DNA from: Polyangiales bacterium
GTDB lineage: Bacteria > Myxococcota_A > Polyangia > Polyangiales > Ga0077539
Assembly: GCA_044229975.1 (NCBI GenBank)
Contig: JBGARZ010000006.1
Span: 128,001-192,000, forward strand
Reading direction: 5' to 3'
Length of the DNA stretch: 64,000 bases
Shown piece by piece: positions 49,264 through 58,571 of this stretch. The notes below the pieces were generated by a model. That model had not been told where the DNA came from and made no database searches. It saw nothing but the letters and a program-made list of their open reading frames with translations. Position numbers and translations under genes: made by a program. Positions within the stretch are counted from its first letter, which is position 1. Every line of letters starts with the position of its first letter.

Positions 49264-49677
49264 ATGTCCTCGCGAGCCACTTCGTCGCCGTCCGTCGTCG
49301 TCACCCGCGGCGCCCTCGTGGGCCTCGCCGCCACGCTCGTCGACCTCTCGCTCCTCGCCCTGCTCTTCGACGTCGCCCGTCTCCCGCTGCGCGTCGCCAG
49401 TCCTCTCGCGCTGCTCGCCGGCGTCGCGGTGCAGTTCGTCGGCAGCCGCGCTGTCACCTTCCGCGCATCGCGTGCCCGCTGGCTTCCGCAGGCGCTCGGC
49501 TTCGTCGCCGTCGAGGCCCTCTCCTTCGCGGCCAACGTCGCGCTCACCGAGGTCGCCTCCCGCGCGCTGCACCTCCCGCCCACGGTGGTGCGCGTCCCGG
49601 TCACGTCGCTCGTCTACTTCGGCGTCTCGCTCCCGCTGTGGTCGAAGGTGTTTCGCCCCTCGGAGGTTCCCTCATGA
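49264..49677 (+). CDS. GtrA-family membrane protein
   Basis: VGLAATLVD, F...R.VTF, four TM segments. Confidence 0.8.
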   Translation: MSSRATSSPSVVVTRGALVGLAATLVDLSLLALLFDVARLPLRVASPLALLAGVAVQFVGSRAVTFRASRARWLPQALGFVAVEALSFAANVALTEVASRALHLPPTVVRVPVTSLVYFGVSLPLWSKVFRPSEVPS

Positions 49678-50798
49678 ACGCCCTCCACACCCACCTCGCC
49701 ATCGCCTCCGCCACGCTCACTGCCTCGTGGATCACCCTCGGCCTCGTCGCCCTCCACCGCGTCACCCACGCACGCCCCGTCACCACCACGGCACCTCCGC
49801 CCGTCACGGTGCTCAAGCCGCTCGCGGGTGCCGACGCCCGCCTCGCCGACAACCTCCTCAGCTTCTTCGAGCAGGACCATCCCGACTACGAGCTCCTCTT
49901 CGGCTGCGAAGACCCCGACGACCCGGCAGTCGCCGTCGTCCGCGCGCTCATCGCCCAACACCCCGGCGTGCGCGCCCGCCTCGTCATCCACCAGGGCCCG
50001 CGCGGCAGCAACCCCAAGGTGCGCAACCTCCGCGGCATCGTCGACCTCGCCGCCCACGACCTCGTGCTGGTGAGCGACAGCAACGTGCGCGCGCCCGCCC
50101 ACTACCTCCGCGAGACGGCGTCCGCGTGGGGCGGCGACGTCGGCCTGGTGACCAACCTGTTCGCGGGTGTTCCGGGTCCGCGCTCACCGCTCGCGGCGTG
50201 GGTCGAGGCCGTGCTGCTCGCCGACTTCTGCGCGCCCGGCGCCGCGCTGCCGACGGCCCTCGGTCACGCCGCCGTCATCGGCAAGTCGATGCTCTTTTCC
50301 CGCCGCGAGCTCGCCTCCTTCGGCGCTCTTGAACGCGTCGCCGACGTCATGGCCGAAGACTATGTGCTGGGTCGCATGCTCCAGGCGCGCGGTCGTCGCG
50401 TTCACATGGCGCCGACGGTCATCGACAACTCCCTCGGCGACGTGACGTGGCGCGCTCTCTTCGACCGCCACCTGCGCTGGTCGATGCTGCGTCTGCGGCT
50501 GCACCCGCACCTGTGGTTCGTCGAGCCGTGGACGAGCCCGCTGGTCGCTGCTCTCGCGCTGGGCATGACCTTCGGCGCGCCGGGCGTGGCCGCGGCCTTC
50601 GCGCTGATGGTGGTGCGCGACGTGGTGTCGTGGTGGCTGCTGCGCGGGCCGGGATCACTCTGGGCGCCGCTCTCGCTGGGGCTGCTACGCGAGCTGGTGA
50701 TGGTCGCCGTGTGGGTGGTCACGCCGTGGAGGCGCCACGTGAGCTGGCGCGGCCACCGGATGCGCCTGGAGAGCGGGACGCTGCTCTACGACGAGTGA
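49674..50798 (+). CDS. GT21 ceramide glucosyltransferase/HpnI-like glycosyltransferase
   Basis: LKPL.G, NPKV.NL, SDSNV, AEDY, RHLRW, V.WRG. Confidence 0.88.
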   Translation: MNALHTHLAIASATLTASWITLGLVALHRVTHARPVTTTAPPPVTVLKPLAGADARLADNLLSFFEQDHPDYELLFGCEDPDDPAVAVVRALIAQHPGVRARLVIHQGPRGSNPKVRNLRGIVDLAAHDLVLVSDSNVRAPAHYLRETASAWGGDVGLVTNLFAGVPGPRSPLAAWVEAVLLADFCAPGAALPTALGHAAVIGKSMLFSRRELASFGALERVADVMAEDYVLGRMLQARGRRVHMAPTVIDNSLGDVTWRALFDRHLRWSMLRLRLHPHLWFVEPWTSPLVAALALGMTFGAPGVAAAFALMVVRDVVSWWLLRGPGSLWAPLSLGLLRELVMVAVWVVTPWRRHVSWRGHRMRLESGTLLYDE

Positions 50799-50940
50799 CC
50801 TGCACTTCCGGTCCACGCCGCAGCGTCAGCGCGGCGCGCACCCGCGACCTCTCCAGCGCGGATAGACCTGGAACTGGCGGCGTGATCGGTCGCGCGCCGC
50901 GCCGACGCTGCTGCGTGGGCCCAGAGGAGCGGTCATCCCC

Positions 50941-50988
50941 GGCGACGTACGTCATTTCCGACGTACGTCAGAAGTGACGTGCGTCGCC
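50941..50988. repeat. 48-bp near-perfect palindrome built from three GACGT(A/G)CGTC units
   Basis: Units start at 50944, 50960 and 50976; lies between convergent genes. Confidence 0.8.
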
Positions 50989-50992
50989 CACT

Positions 50993-52435
50993 TCACACGA
51001 TCCGGAAGGCGTCCTTCAGCGTGCACCGTCGCTCGCGCGTGAACGTCCGCGCCGTCGTGAGCCCCTCGCCCGTCGGCGACGCGATGGTCCACGACGTCCA
51101 CCCCTCGCCGCCCACGCCGATGCCGTTGTAGTTGGGCCCGTTCTTCACGAAGATCGACGTGTTGATGGCCCTCGCCATGCGCGAGAGGTTCTCGATGTTG
51201 GTGCTCCACATCGTCGCCGTGTGCCCGTAGCCGTGCTCGACGCGCTTGGCCGTCGCGATGGCCTCGTCCACATCCTTCACGCGCACCAGCCCCAACACCG
51301 GCATCAGGAGTTCGTGCTGCACGAAGGGGTGCTTCTCGTCGACCTCGGCCCACAAGAGCCGCAGGTCGTCCGGCGCGCTCTTCCCGATGGCCCGCAGGAT
51401 CACGTTGGCGTTGCGACCCACGAACTCCCGGTTGACGTGCCCGTCGCTCGTCAGGATCACCTTCTCCAGCGCCCGCACCTCGCCCGGACTGAGCTCGTGC
51501 GTCCCGCTCTCCTTCAGCGCCTTCTTGAACTTGTCCGCGACCGACCCGACGACGATGATCTCCTTCTCACACGTGCAGATCACGTTGTTGTCGAAGCTCG
51601 CGCCCGCCACAATTCCGCGCGCCGCCGCTTCGAGATGCGCCGTCTCGTCGACCACCGCCGGGGGGTTGCCCGGCCCCGCGCTGATGGCCCGCTTGCCCGA
51701 CTTCATGGCCTCGGTCACCACCGCGCCGCCGCCCGTCACCACCACGATGCGAACGCCCGGGTGACGCATCAGCGCCTGCGCGCTCGCCACCGTCGGCTCG
51801 GCGATGCAGCACAGCAGGTCTTCCGGCCCGCCCGCCGCGACGATGGCGTCGGAGAGCAGCGACACGTACCAGGCCGACGTCTCCCTCGCGAGCGGGTGCG
51901 TGTTGAACACCACCGCGTTGCCGCCGGCCACCATCCCGATGCCATTGTTGATGATGGTCTCGGTGGGGTTGGTGCAGGGCGTGATCGCCGCGATGACCCC
52001 GTAGGGCGCCCGCTCGGTGATCATCAACCCCTCGTCACCGCTCGCCGCGATGGGCTCAAGAATCTCCGGCCCCGGCGTCTTGGTGATGGCCGCGCGGTTC
52101 TTCATCCGCTTGTCTTCAATGCGGCCGAGGGACGTCTCCTTCACGGCGCGCTGGCACATCTCCTCCAGCACCCCGAGCGCCGCCTGCCGCATCGAGCGAA
52201 CCACCGCCCGCCGCGTCTCCATCGGCATCTGCTCGTAGCGCTCGTACGCCCGCCGGGCCGCCGCCACCGCCGTGTCGACGTCGTCGAACACCCCGCGCCG
52301 CTTCACCCGCACCGTCGGCGCACCGCCGCCCATCGCCCGCTCGATGGCCCCCGGTGAGGCCGTCACGCCCTGCTTTCGCAGCCGCTCGACCACCATCGCC
52401 ACGATCTGATCCACCGTCGGGTCGTTGCTCTTCAT
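50993..52435 (-). CDS. eutE: CoA-acylating aldehyde dehydrogenase (EutE/PduP type)
   Basis: TPCTNPT, VTGG, AGPGNPP, SFDNNVICTCEK, ELLMP, TIASPTGEG; N-terminal encapsulation peptide. Confidence 0.92.
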   Translation of the reverse strand: MKSNDPTVDQIVAMVVERLRKQGVTASPGAIERAMGGGAPTVRVKRRGVFDDVDTAVAAARRAYERYEQMPMETRRAVVRSMRQAALGVLEEMCQRAVKETSLGRIEDKRMKNRAAITKTPGPEILEPIAASGDEGLMITERAPYGVIAAITPCTNPTETIINNGIGMVAGGNAVVFNTHPLARETSAWYVSLLSDAIVAAGGPEDLLCCIAEPTVASAQALMRHPGVRIVVVTGGGAVVTEAMKSGKRAISAGPGNPPAVVDETAHLEAAARGIVAGASFDNNVICTCEKEIIVVGSVADKFKKALKESGTHELSPGEVRALEKVILTSDGHVNREFVGRNANVILRAIGKSAPDDLRLLWAEVDEKHPFVQHELLMPVLGLVRVKDVDEAIATAKRVEHGYGHTATMWSTNIENLSRMARAINTSIFVKNGPNYNGIGVGGEGWTSWTIASPTGEGLTTARTFTRERRCTLKDAFRIV

Positions 52436-52514
52436 ACGGGCGCGGACCGTAGCCCACCGGCCGACGGGCCCACAACCCCGCCGCGCCAACGGTGATACCG
52501 TCAGCGCCCTCCCG

Positions 52515-53258
52515 ATGCGTCGTCGCCCCATCGCGCTCCTCGCCCTCGCATTCACCGCCGCCGCCTGCCGCTCGCGCGCGCCCCGCCCCGCGCTTGGCGT
52601 GGTGGTTCCGCTCGTGCCCGACGCCGGTCCACCACCGGGAGCCCGCGCCGCCAACCGCCCCGACGCCTCGACCTTCACCCTCATCCGCGACCGACCCCCG
52701 CCCGTCGGTGCGCTTGGCGTTCGCTTCGGGCAGACCCGCGCCGAGGTCACCGCCCTGCACACCGCGGCCGCCATCCCGTGCCGCCCGTCGGGCGAGTACC
52801 TCTTCTGCAACGCGCCGCTCGAAGCCCTGCCGGTGCGCGTGATGGTCACCTACGAGTTCTGCGGCGAGGCCCTCTGCTCCATCGCCGTCGACGGGACGCG
52901 CACCGAAGACGAAGACGTCCTCCTGCGCGAGTACGACGCCCTGCTCGAAGCCTCCCGCCGCGCGCTCGGAACGCCCATCGCCGAGGCCCGCCGCGTCGGC
53001 CCCGGCTGCCGCGGTCACCTCCCGCTCTGCCTCACGTCGCGCCAGTCGCAGCTCAACGCCCGCTGGTCGTGGCCCGACGGCCCGCAGGTCGAGCTCTCCG
53101 TCGACCAGCTCGAAGACGACGCCCTCCAGGCCCAGGCCGCCATCACCTGGCTCTCCGCCGATCGTGTGCACCGCCCCGCGCCCGACCCCGTGCGCGCCAC
53201 CGACGCCGCCGTCACCGACGCGACCGCCGCCGCCACGGACGACGCCGCCCGTCCATGA
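52515..53258 (+). CDS. Hypothetical lipoprotein
   Basis: MRRRPIALLALAFTAAAC; 4-bp overlap with the next gene. Confidence 0.7.
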   Translation: MRRRPIALLALAFTAAACRSRAPRPALGVVVPLVPDAGPPPGARAANRPDASTFTLIRDRPPPVGALGVRFGQTRAEVTALHTAAAIPCRPSGEYLFCNAPLEALPVRVMVTYEFCGEALCSIAVDGTRTEDEDVLLREYDALLEASRRALGTPIAEARRVGPGCRGHLPLCLTSRQSQLNARWSWPDGPQVELSVDQLEDDALQAQAAITWLSADRVHRPAPDPVRATDAAVTDATAAATDDAARP

Positions 53259-56212
53259 TCCGCGCGTCGGCCGTCGCCCTCGCCCTCGTCCTCGCGAGCG
53301 CCACCGCCCACGCCCAGCAAGACCCTCGCCTCCAGTGGCGCACCCTGGAGACGCCCCATTTCCGCATCCATTTCTATCAGGACATGGAGCGCATCGCGCG
53401 CCGCGTCGCGGTCATCGCCGAGCACACCGTCGAGCGCCTCGCCGTCCCCCTCGGTTGGCGACAGAGCCAGATTACCCAGATCGTCCTGCGCGACAGCACC
53501 GACGACGCCAACGGCAGCGCCACGGCCATTCCCGTCAACACCCTCCAGCTCTTCGTCACCGCCCCCGACGACCTCTCCGTGCTGGAGCAATACGACGACT
53601 GGCTGGAGACCCTCGTCACGCACGAGTACGCCCACATCCTGCACACCGATCACATCTCGGGATTGCCCGCGATCATCAACGCCATCATCGGCAAGCAGTG
53701 GGCGCCCAACCAGGTTCAGCCGCGCTTCATCCTCGAAGGGCTCGCGACCTTCGAGGAGAGCCTCCACACCCGCGGCGGACGACTCCGCTCCGCCACCTGG
53801 GACTCGTACCTCCGCGCCGACGCCCTCGCGGGAAACTTCCAGACCCTCGACCAGCTCGTCGTCGGCCCCAACCGCTGGCCGCACGGCAACCTCTGGTACC
53901 TCTACGGCTCCTATCTCATGCGCTACGTGGCCGACCGCTACGGCGCGCAATCCATGGCCGACCTCAGCCGCGAGTACGGCTCCATGGCGGCACCATGGCA
54001 GCTCAACCGCGCCATCCGACGCGTGACGGGTCACACCTGGGAGGAGATCTATGAAGACTTCCAGCGCGACACCGTCGCCCGCTACACGCGACAGCGCGAC
54101 ACCCTCGTCGCCAACCGCCTCGAAGAAGGCACGCGCCTCACCAACCAGGGTGAGTTCGTCCGCAACGCGCGCTTCCTCCCCGACGGAACCATCGTCTACG
54201 AAAGCTCCGACGGACAATCCCCCGCGCGCCTGCGCTCACTCCCCGCCTCCGCGGTGACCACCACGGCCCTCAGCACGCCGACGGACCTCCCGCGCGTCGC
54301 CGGTCCATCGGGCTTCGCGCCGTGGGGCGACCACGCCCTGCTCGTCTCCGACGCCGACCTCCACCGCTTCGTCTACAACTATCACGACCTCCGACGCTGG
54401 AGCCTCACGCGCGACGACGACGGCGCCCTCGACGTCACCGAAGACGAACGCCTCACCGACGGCTGGCGCGCCCAGCAGCCCGACGTTCATCCCGACGCCG
54501 ACCACGCGGTCTTCACGGTCAATCACCGCGGGACAACCCGCTTGATGGAGATGTCCCTCACCGACCGCCACCCGGTCGCCCTCTTCGCGCCTCGCCCCTT
54601 CGAGCAGGTCTTCGCACCTCGCTACAGCCCCGACGGTCGAACCATCGCGTTCTCGTTCTGGCGTCGCGGCGGCTACCGCGACCTCTGGACCCTCGATCGC
54701 GCCACGCACGCGCTCACCCGACACACCCACGACCGCGCGCTCGACACATCACCCTCGTACAGCCCCGACGGTCGTTGGCTGCTGTGGTCGTCCGACCGTA
54801 CCGGCATCGCCAACCTCTACGCGCTGGAGGTAGCCACCGGCCGCATCCGACAGGTGACCAACACCGTGCTGGGTGCGTGGCAGCCCAACGTCAGCCCCGA
54901 CGGACGAACGCTCGTCTACCTGGGTTATTCGCACCGCGGATACGACCTCTTCCGACTCCCCTTCGACCCCGCGCGATGGCGCGATCCCGAGGTCGTCACC
55001 GAAGACCCCTTCGGCCGCGACGAGCCCCGCGACCCGCACCCCGCCGAAGACGCCGCGCCCGATTTCCCCACGCGGCTCACGGCCTACAACCCGTGGTCCA
55101 CCCTGTACCCGCGAACGTGGTCGGCCGAGCTCACCAGCGACGGCTTCGGCCCGCAGATCGCCGTCCGCACCGAAGGCACCGACATCGTCGGCCGCCACTC
55201 ATGGAGCGCGCGGCTCGGCGTCGGCCTCGTGCGCGGCGACCCCTGGGTCGACCTCGGCTACGTCTATCGCGGCATGCGACCGACCATCCGGCTGCGGCTC
55301 TACCGCTCCGTCGACGCGGGCGGCGGATATCGCATCGGGCGGCTCAACCCCACCTGGGCGGCCGAGCGCATCGGCGGCGAGAGCGAGATCTCCATCGGGT
55401 TCCCGAGCCGCTTCGATACGCACTTCCTCTCCATGACCTATGACGCGCAGTGGGTGCGCGCCTTCGGGGGACTGCCCAACTTCGATCGCAACATCGACCC
55501 GAGCGGAACAGCCCCGTCATTCCCCTTCGAGGGCTGGGTCGCGGGGCTGCGCCTGTCGTGGTCGTGGTCCAACGCGCAGCGCTTCACGTACTCCATCAGC
55601 AACCAGCAGGGCGTGTCGGTGTTTGCGACGGTGCGCGTGCTCGACGCCGTTCTCGGGAGCAGCGTCGGCGGCATCGACGCCTCCGCCGCGGTGTCGGGAT
55701 ACATCCCCATGCCGTGGGGACAGAACCGCCGAAGGCACATCCTCGCGCTCCACGCCGGCGCGGGCATCGGCGCCAACGACCGCGGCGAGCGCGGGGTGTT
55801 CTCCGTCGGCGGCTTCCCGAGCTTCTCCGCCCAGAACTGGCTCGACGCCTTCCGTTACGGCGTGCAGGCGGGCGGCGTGGCGCTGCGGGGTTATCCGCCC
55901 TTCGTGCGCGGCGGCAGCCAGTTTCAGATCGCCAACGCGGAGTACCGCTTTCCCATCTGGCAGACGCAGCGGGGCCTCTCGACGCTGCCGCTCTTCTTCC
56001 AGCGCATCTCGGGTGACGTCTTCGTCGACGCGGGCAACGCCAACTTCGGACGCTTCAACCCCGACGGCATCCTGGTGGGCGCCGGGGCCGAGGTGCTCAT
56101 CGATTTCGTGGCGGGATACTTCCTCCCGTTCACCGCGCGCATCGGGTACGCGCGCGGCTTCATGGAGGGCGGGGACGATCAGGTGTACGGGCTCTTCAGC
56201 TCGCCGTTTTAG
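53255..56212 (+). CDS. Outer-membrane protein: HExxH peptidase-like domain, TolB/PD40 propeller, Omp85-like barrel
   Basis: AHA-Q signal, HEYAH..EGLA, SPDG repeats, LRGY, AEYRFP, terminal F. Confidence 0.8.
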   Translation: MIRASAVALALVLASATAHAQQDPRLQWRTLETPHFRIHFYQDMERIARRVAVIAEHTVERLAVPLGWRQSQITQIVLRDSTDDANGSATAIPVNTLQLFVTAPDDLSVLEQYDDWLETLVTHEYAHILHTDHISGLPAIINAIIGKQWAPNQVQPRFILEGLATFEESLHTRGGRLRSATWDSYLRADALAGNFQTLDQLVVGPNRWPHGNLWYLYGSYLMRYVADRYGAQSMADLSREYGSMAAPWQLNRAIRRVTGHTWEEIYEDFQRDTVARYTRQRDTLVANRLEEGTRLTNQGEFVRNARFLPDGTIVYESSDGQSPARLRSLPASAVTTTALSTPTDLPRVAGPSGFAPWGDHALLVSDADLHRFVYNYHDLRRWSLTRDDDGALDVTEDERLTDGWRAQQPDVHPDADHAVFTVNHRGTTRLMEMSLTDRHPVALFAPRPFEQVFAPRYSPDGRTIAFSFWRRGGYRDLWTLDRATHALTRHTHDRALDTSPSYSPDGRWLLWSSDRTGIANLYALEVATGRIRQVTNTVLGAWQPNVSPDGRTLVYLGYSHRGYDLFRLPFDPARWRDPEVVTEDPFGRDEPRDPHPAEDAAPDFPTRLTAYNPWSTLYPRTWSAELTSDGFGPQIAVRTEGTDIVGRHSWSARLGVGLVRGDPWVDLGYVYRGMRPTIRLRLYRSVDAGGGYRIGRLNPTWAAERIGGESEISIGFPSRFDTHFLSMTYDAQWVRAFGGLPNFDRNIDPSGTAPSFPFEGWVAGLRLSWSWSNAQRFTYSISNQQGVSVFATVRVLDAVLGSSVGGIDASAAVSGYIPMPWGQNRRRHILALHAGAGIGANDRGERGVFSVGGFPSFSAQNWLDAFRYGVQAGGVALRGYPPFVRGGSQFQIANAEYRFPIWQTQRGLSTLPLFFQRISGDVFVDAGNANFGRFNPDGILVGAGAEVLIDFVAGYFLPFTARIGYARGFMEGGDDQVYGLFSSPF

Positions 56213-56826
56213 GGCGCCGCGATTTCGAGGTTGCGAAACGCGAACACCGTCGCGCTCTCGCTCTCCGCGCTGCCGCCCTGCGCCTGGAGGGCGACGTGGC
56301 CCGCGGCGAAGGTGTCGTCCTTCACCGTCGTGAGCCGCACGTCGTTGGCGTACACGATGATCTCCGACCCGGTCGCGACGATGCGAAGGCGGTTCTCCTC
56401 GCCGACGCCCGCCTTGAGGGCCTCGTGGCGCGTCCAGTCGATGAGCGCGGTGCTGCTGTTGGCCACGCGGCGCGTGAGCCGGTAGTACCCCTCGCCGTCG
56501 ATGAAGACCCGGTAGTTGTCCTTGTCGCTCTTCGCGCGGAAGCTGATGCCCGCGTAGCTCTGCGTGGGCTCCTGCGCGCTCAGCAGCGCGATGGTGACGC
56601 TGACCGAGAAGTCGCCAAACTGCTGCTTCTCAAACCAGTAGGCCGCGACCGAGGTCTCGCCGCCGGGCAGCGTGACCACCAGACCCGGCGCGTCGAAGCG
56701 CAGCGGCGGCGTGCGGGAGGTCGCCGCGAAGGACCACCCCGCGGGCTCGGCCTTGAACGCCTCCTCCAGCACCGTGGGCCACGCGACCGCGTCGCTCGTC
56801 GCCCCGTTCTCCACCGAATCGCTCAT
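56209..56826 (-). CDS. DUF1080-like beta-sandwich protein
   Basis: FGDFSVSV, GISFR, NRLRIVA.G..I.VYAND, GHVAL. Confidence 0.65.
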   Translation of the reverse strand: MSDSVENGATSDAVAWPTVLEEAFKAEPAGWSFAATSRTPPLRFDAPGLVVTLPGGETSVAAYWFEKQQFGDFSVSVTIALLSAQEPTQSYAGISFRAKSDKDNYRVFIDGEGYYRLTRRVANSSTALIDWTRHEALKAGVGEENRLRIVATGSEIIVYANDVRLTTVKDDTFAAGHVALQAQGGSAESESATVFAFRNLEIAAP

Positions 56827-57185
56827 GCGTCCCGCTTCCTTTCGTGCGTCTGCTCGCCGGCGTCGTCGCCGTCGGTCCGGGCACGATACTCCAACCCCGT
56901 GCCTCGTTGAAGCGTCGGTCGCGGCCCCCGGAAAAACTTCTCTGGAGCTCTTAGGGGGAGCGTCTTCGGGGCCGCGGGGGTTGCGGGAGGGCGCCGGAGG
57001 GGGGCGGAGGGGTCGCCGGGCCATCCATCAACGCTGAAAAGACACCGTTCCGTGCATAGCGACCTATGCCCTCAGGGCACCCGAGAAGGGTATGTGCCGC
57101 GATGGGTTTTCAGGTCACTCCTCAAGAGTCCCTTGACTTGAATGTTCGATGCGTGGAAGGTCGCCTATCGAGAGGTGACCATCCC

Positions 57186-57683
57186 ATGACCGATATGAAT
57201 TCCGACATCAACCGCGTCCTCAATGACTTCGCCGCCCAGCTGCTCAAGATCTTCCGCGAGGCGATCGTGTCCAGCCTCGGCGGTGGCGGCACGGTGACCC
57301 GCTCGCTCCCCTCCGCGCCGAAGCGCCGCGGCCGTCCCCCGAAGTCGGCCGCCGCCGCCGCTCCCGCCCCGAAGGCCAGCGCCAGCAGCAAGAAGTCCAG
57401 CAAGCGCGGCCCGAAGAGCACCCCCAAGGAGGTCGAAGCGCTTCAGGTGCAGATCCTCGACGCCCTCAAGGGTGGCGCGAAGCTCTCCGCTTCGGAGATG
57501 GTCAAGAGCCTCAAGGTCGACCCCGGCCCCTTCCAGTATGCCCTCGGCAAGCTGAAGACCGCTGGTCAGGTGTCGCAGATCGGCGAGCGCCGCATGGCGA
57601 AGTACTCGCTCGGCGGCAAGCCCAAGGGCAAGCCCGGTCGCAAGAAGGCCGTCAAGGCCGAAGCGGCCGCCGACGCCGGCTGA
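57186..57683 (+). CDS. Basic nucleoid-associated-like protein with AT-hook and winged-helix-like domain
   Basis: KRRGRPPK, K/A/S-rich linker, ILDALK..LSASEM..ALGKLK..G; RBS GAGGTG. Confidence 0.7.
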   Translation: MTDMNSDINRVLNDFAAQLLKIFREAIVSSLGGGGTVTRSLPSAPKRRGRPPKSAAAAAPAPKASASSKKSSKRGPKSTPKEVEALQVQILDALKGGAKLSASEMVKSLKVDPGPFQYALGKLKTAGQVSQIGERRMAKYSLGGKPKGKPGRKKAVKAEAAADAG

Positions 57684-57719
57684 TTCAGCCCCACCCCTCT
57701 CCGCCTCAATCCCTCTTCG

Positions 57720-58571
57720 CTATCCCTTCACGCTCCCCGCCGTCAGCCCGCCCACCAGGTGGCGCTGCGCCGCGTAGAACACCGCCATCACCGGAACGCT
57801 CACCACCACGGCGCCCGCCGCGAAGCGCCCCCACGCGGCGTCGTGCTCGCCCACGTAACGCTGGAGCGCCACCGGCAGCGTGAAGGCTTCCTCATGGGAG
57901 AGGAAGGTCGCCGCGAGGATGAATTCGTTCCATGCGGACATGAAGGCGAAGAGGGCGGTGACGGCGATGGCGGGTCGCGCCGCGGGCAGCACCACCTTGG
58001 TGAATGCCTGCCAGCGGGTGGCGCCGTCGACCATGGCGGCCTCCTCCAGCTCGCGCGGAATCGCCTCGAAGGCCCCGCGCAATTGGAACATCGCAAAGGG
58101 CAGGGCCGTGGTCGCGTAGACGAGCACCAGCCCCGCGCGCGTGTCGAGCAGCCCGAGCTGATCGAGGATGACGTACAGCGGTACGGCCGTCGCCACGCCC
58201 GGAAACATCTGCGTCGCGAGCAGCACGCGCATGCCACCGCTCGCCCCGACGAAGCGCAGTCGCGCCATGGCGTAGGCCGCGGGTGTGGCGAGCGCGACGG
58301 AGGCCGCGGCGGTGGCGAGCGCGACGGTCACCGAGTTGAGGAGCTGTCGGCCGAAGAGCCAACGACCGGCGGCGTCGCGCTGGAGGGTGACCGCGCGGAA
58401 GTTGTCGAGAGACACCGCCTCGGGCCACGGGAGGGCGTGCGGGGAGGGCGTTCCGCTCGGGGAGAGCGCGAGGGTGACCACCCAGAGAACGGGGTAGAGC
58501 GCGAAGGCCACCGCGATGACCAGCGCGACGTGGACCAGGAGCTCGGTGAACCAGGGTGGGCGACGGTTCAT
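57720..58571 (-). CDS. Carbohydrate ABC permease (MalG-like)
   Basis: QMFPG, IPRELEEAAMVDGA, WNEF, TLPVAL. Confidence 0.93.
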   Translation of the reverse strand: MNRRPPWFTELLVHVALVIAVAFALYPVLWVVTLALSPSGTPSPHALPWPEAVSLDNFRAVTLQRDAAGRWLFGRQLLNSVTVALATAAASVALATPAAYAMARLRFVGASGGMRVLLATQMFPGVATAVPLYVILDQLGLLDTRAGLVLVYATTALPFAMFQLRGAFEAIPRELEEAAMVDGATRWQAFTKVVLPAARPAIAVTALFAFMSAWNEFILAATFLSHEEAFTLPVALQRYVGEHDAAWGRFAAGAVVVSVPVMAVFYAAQRHLVGGLTAGSVKG

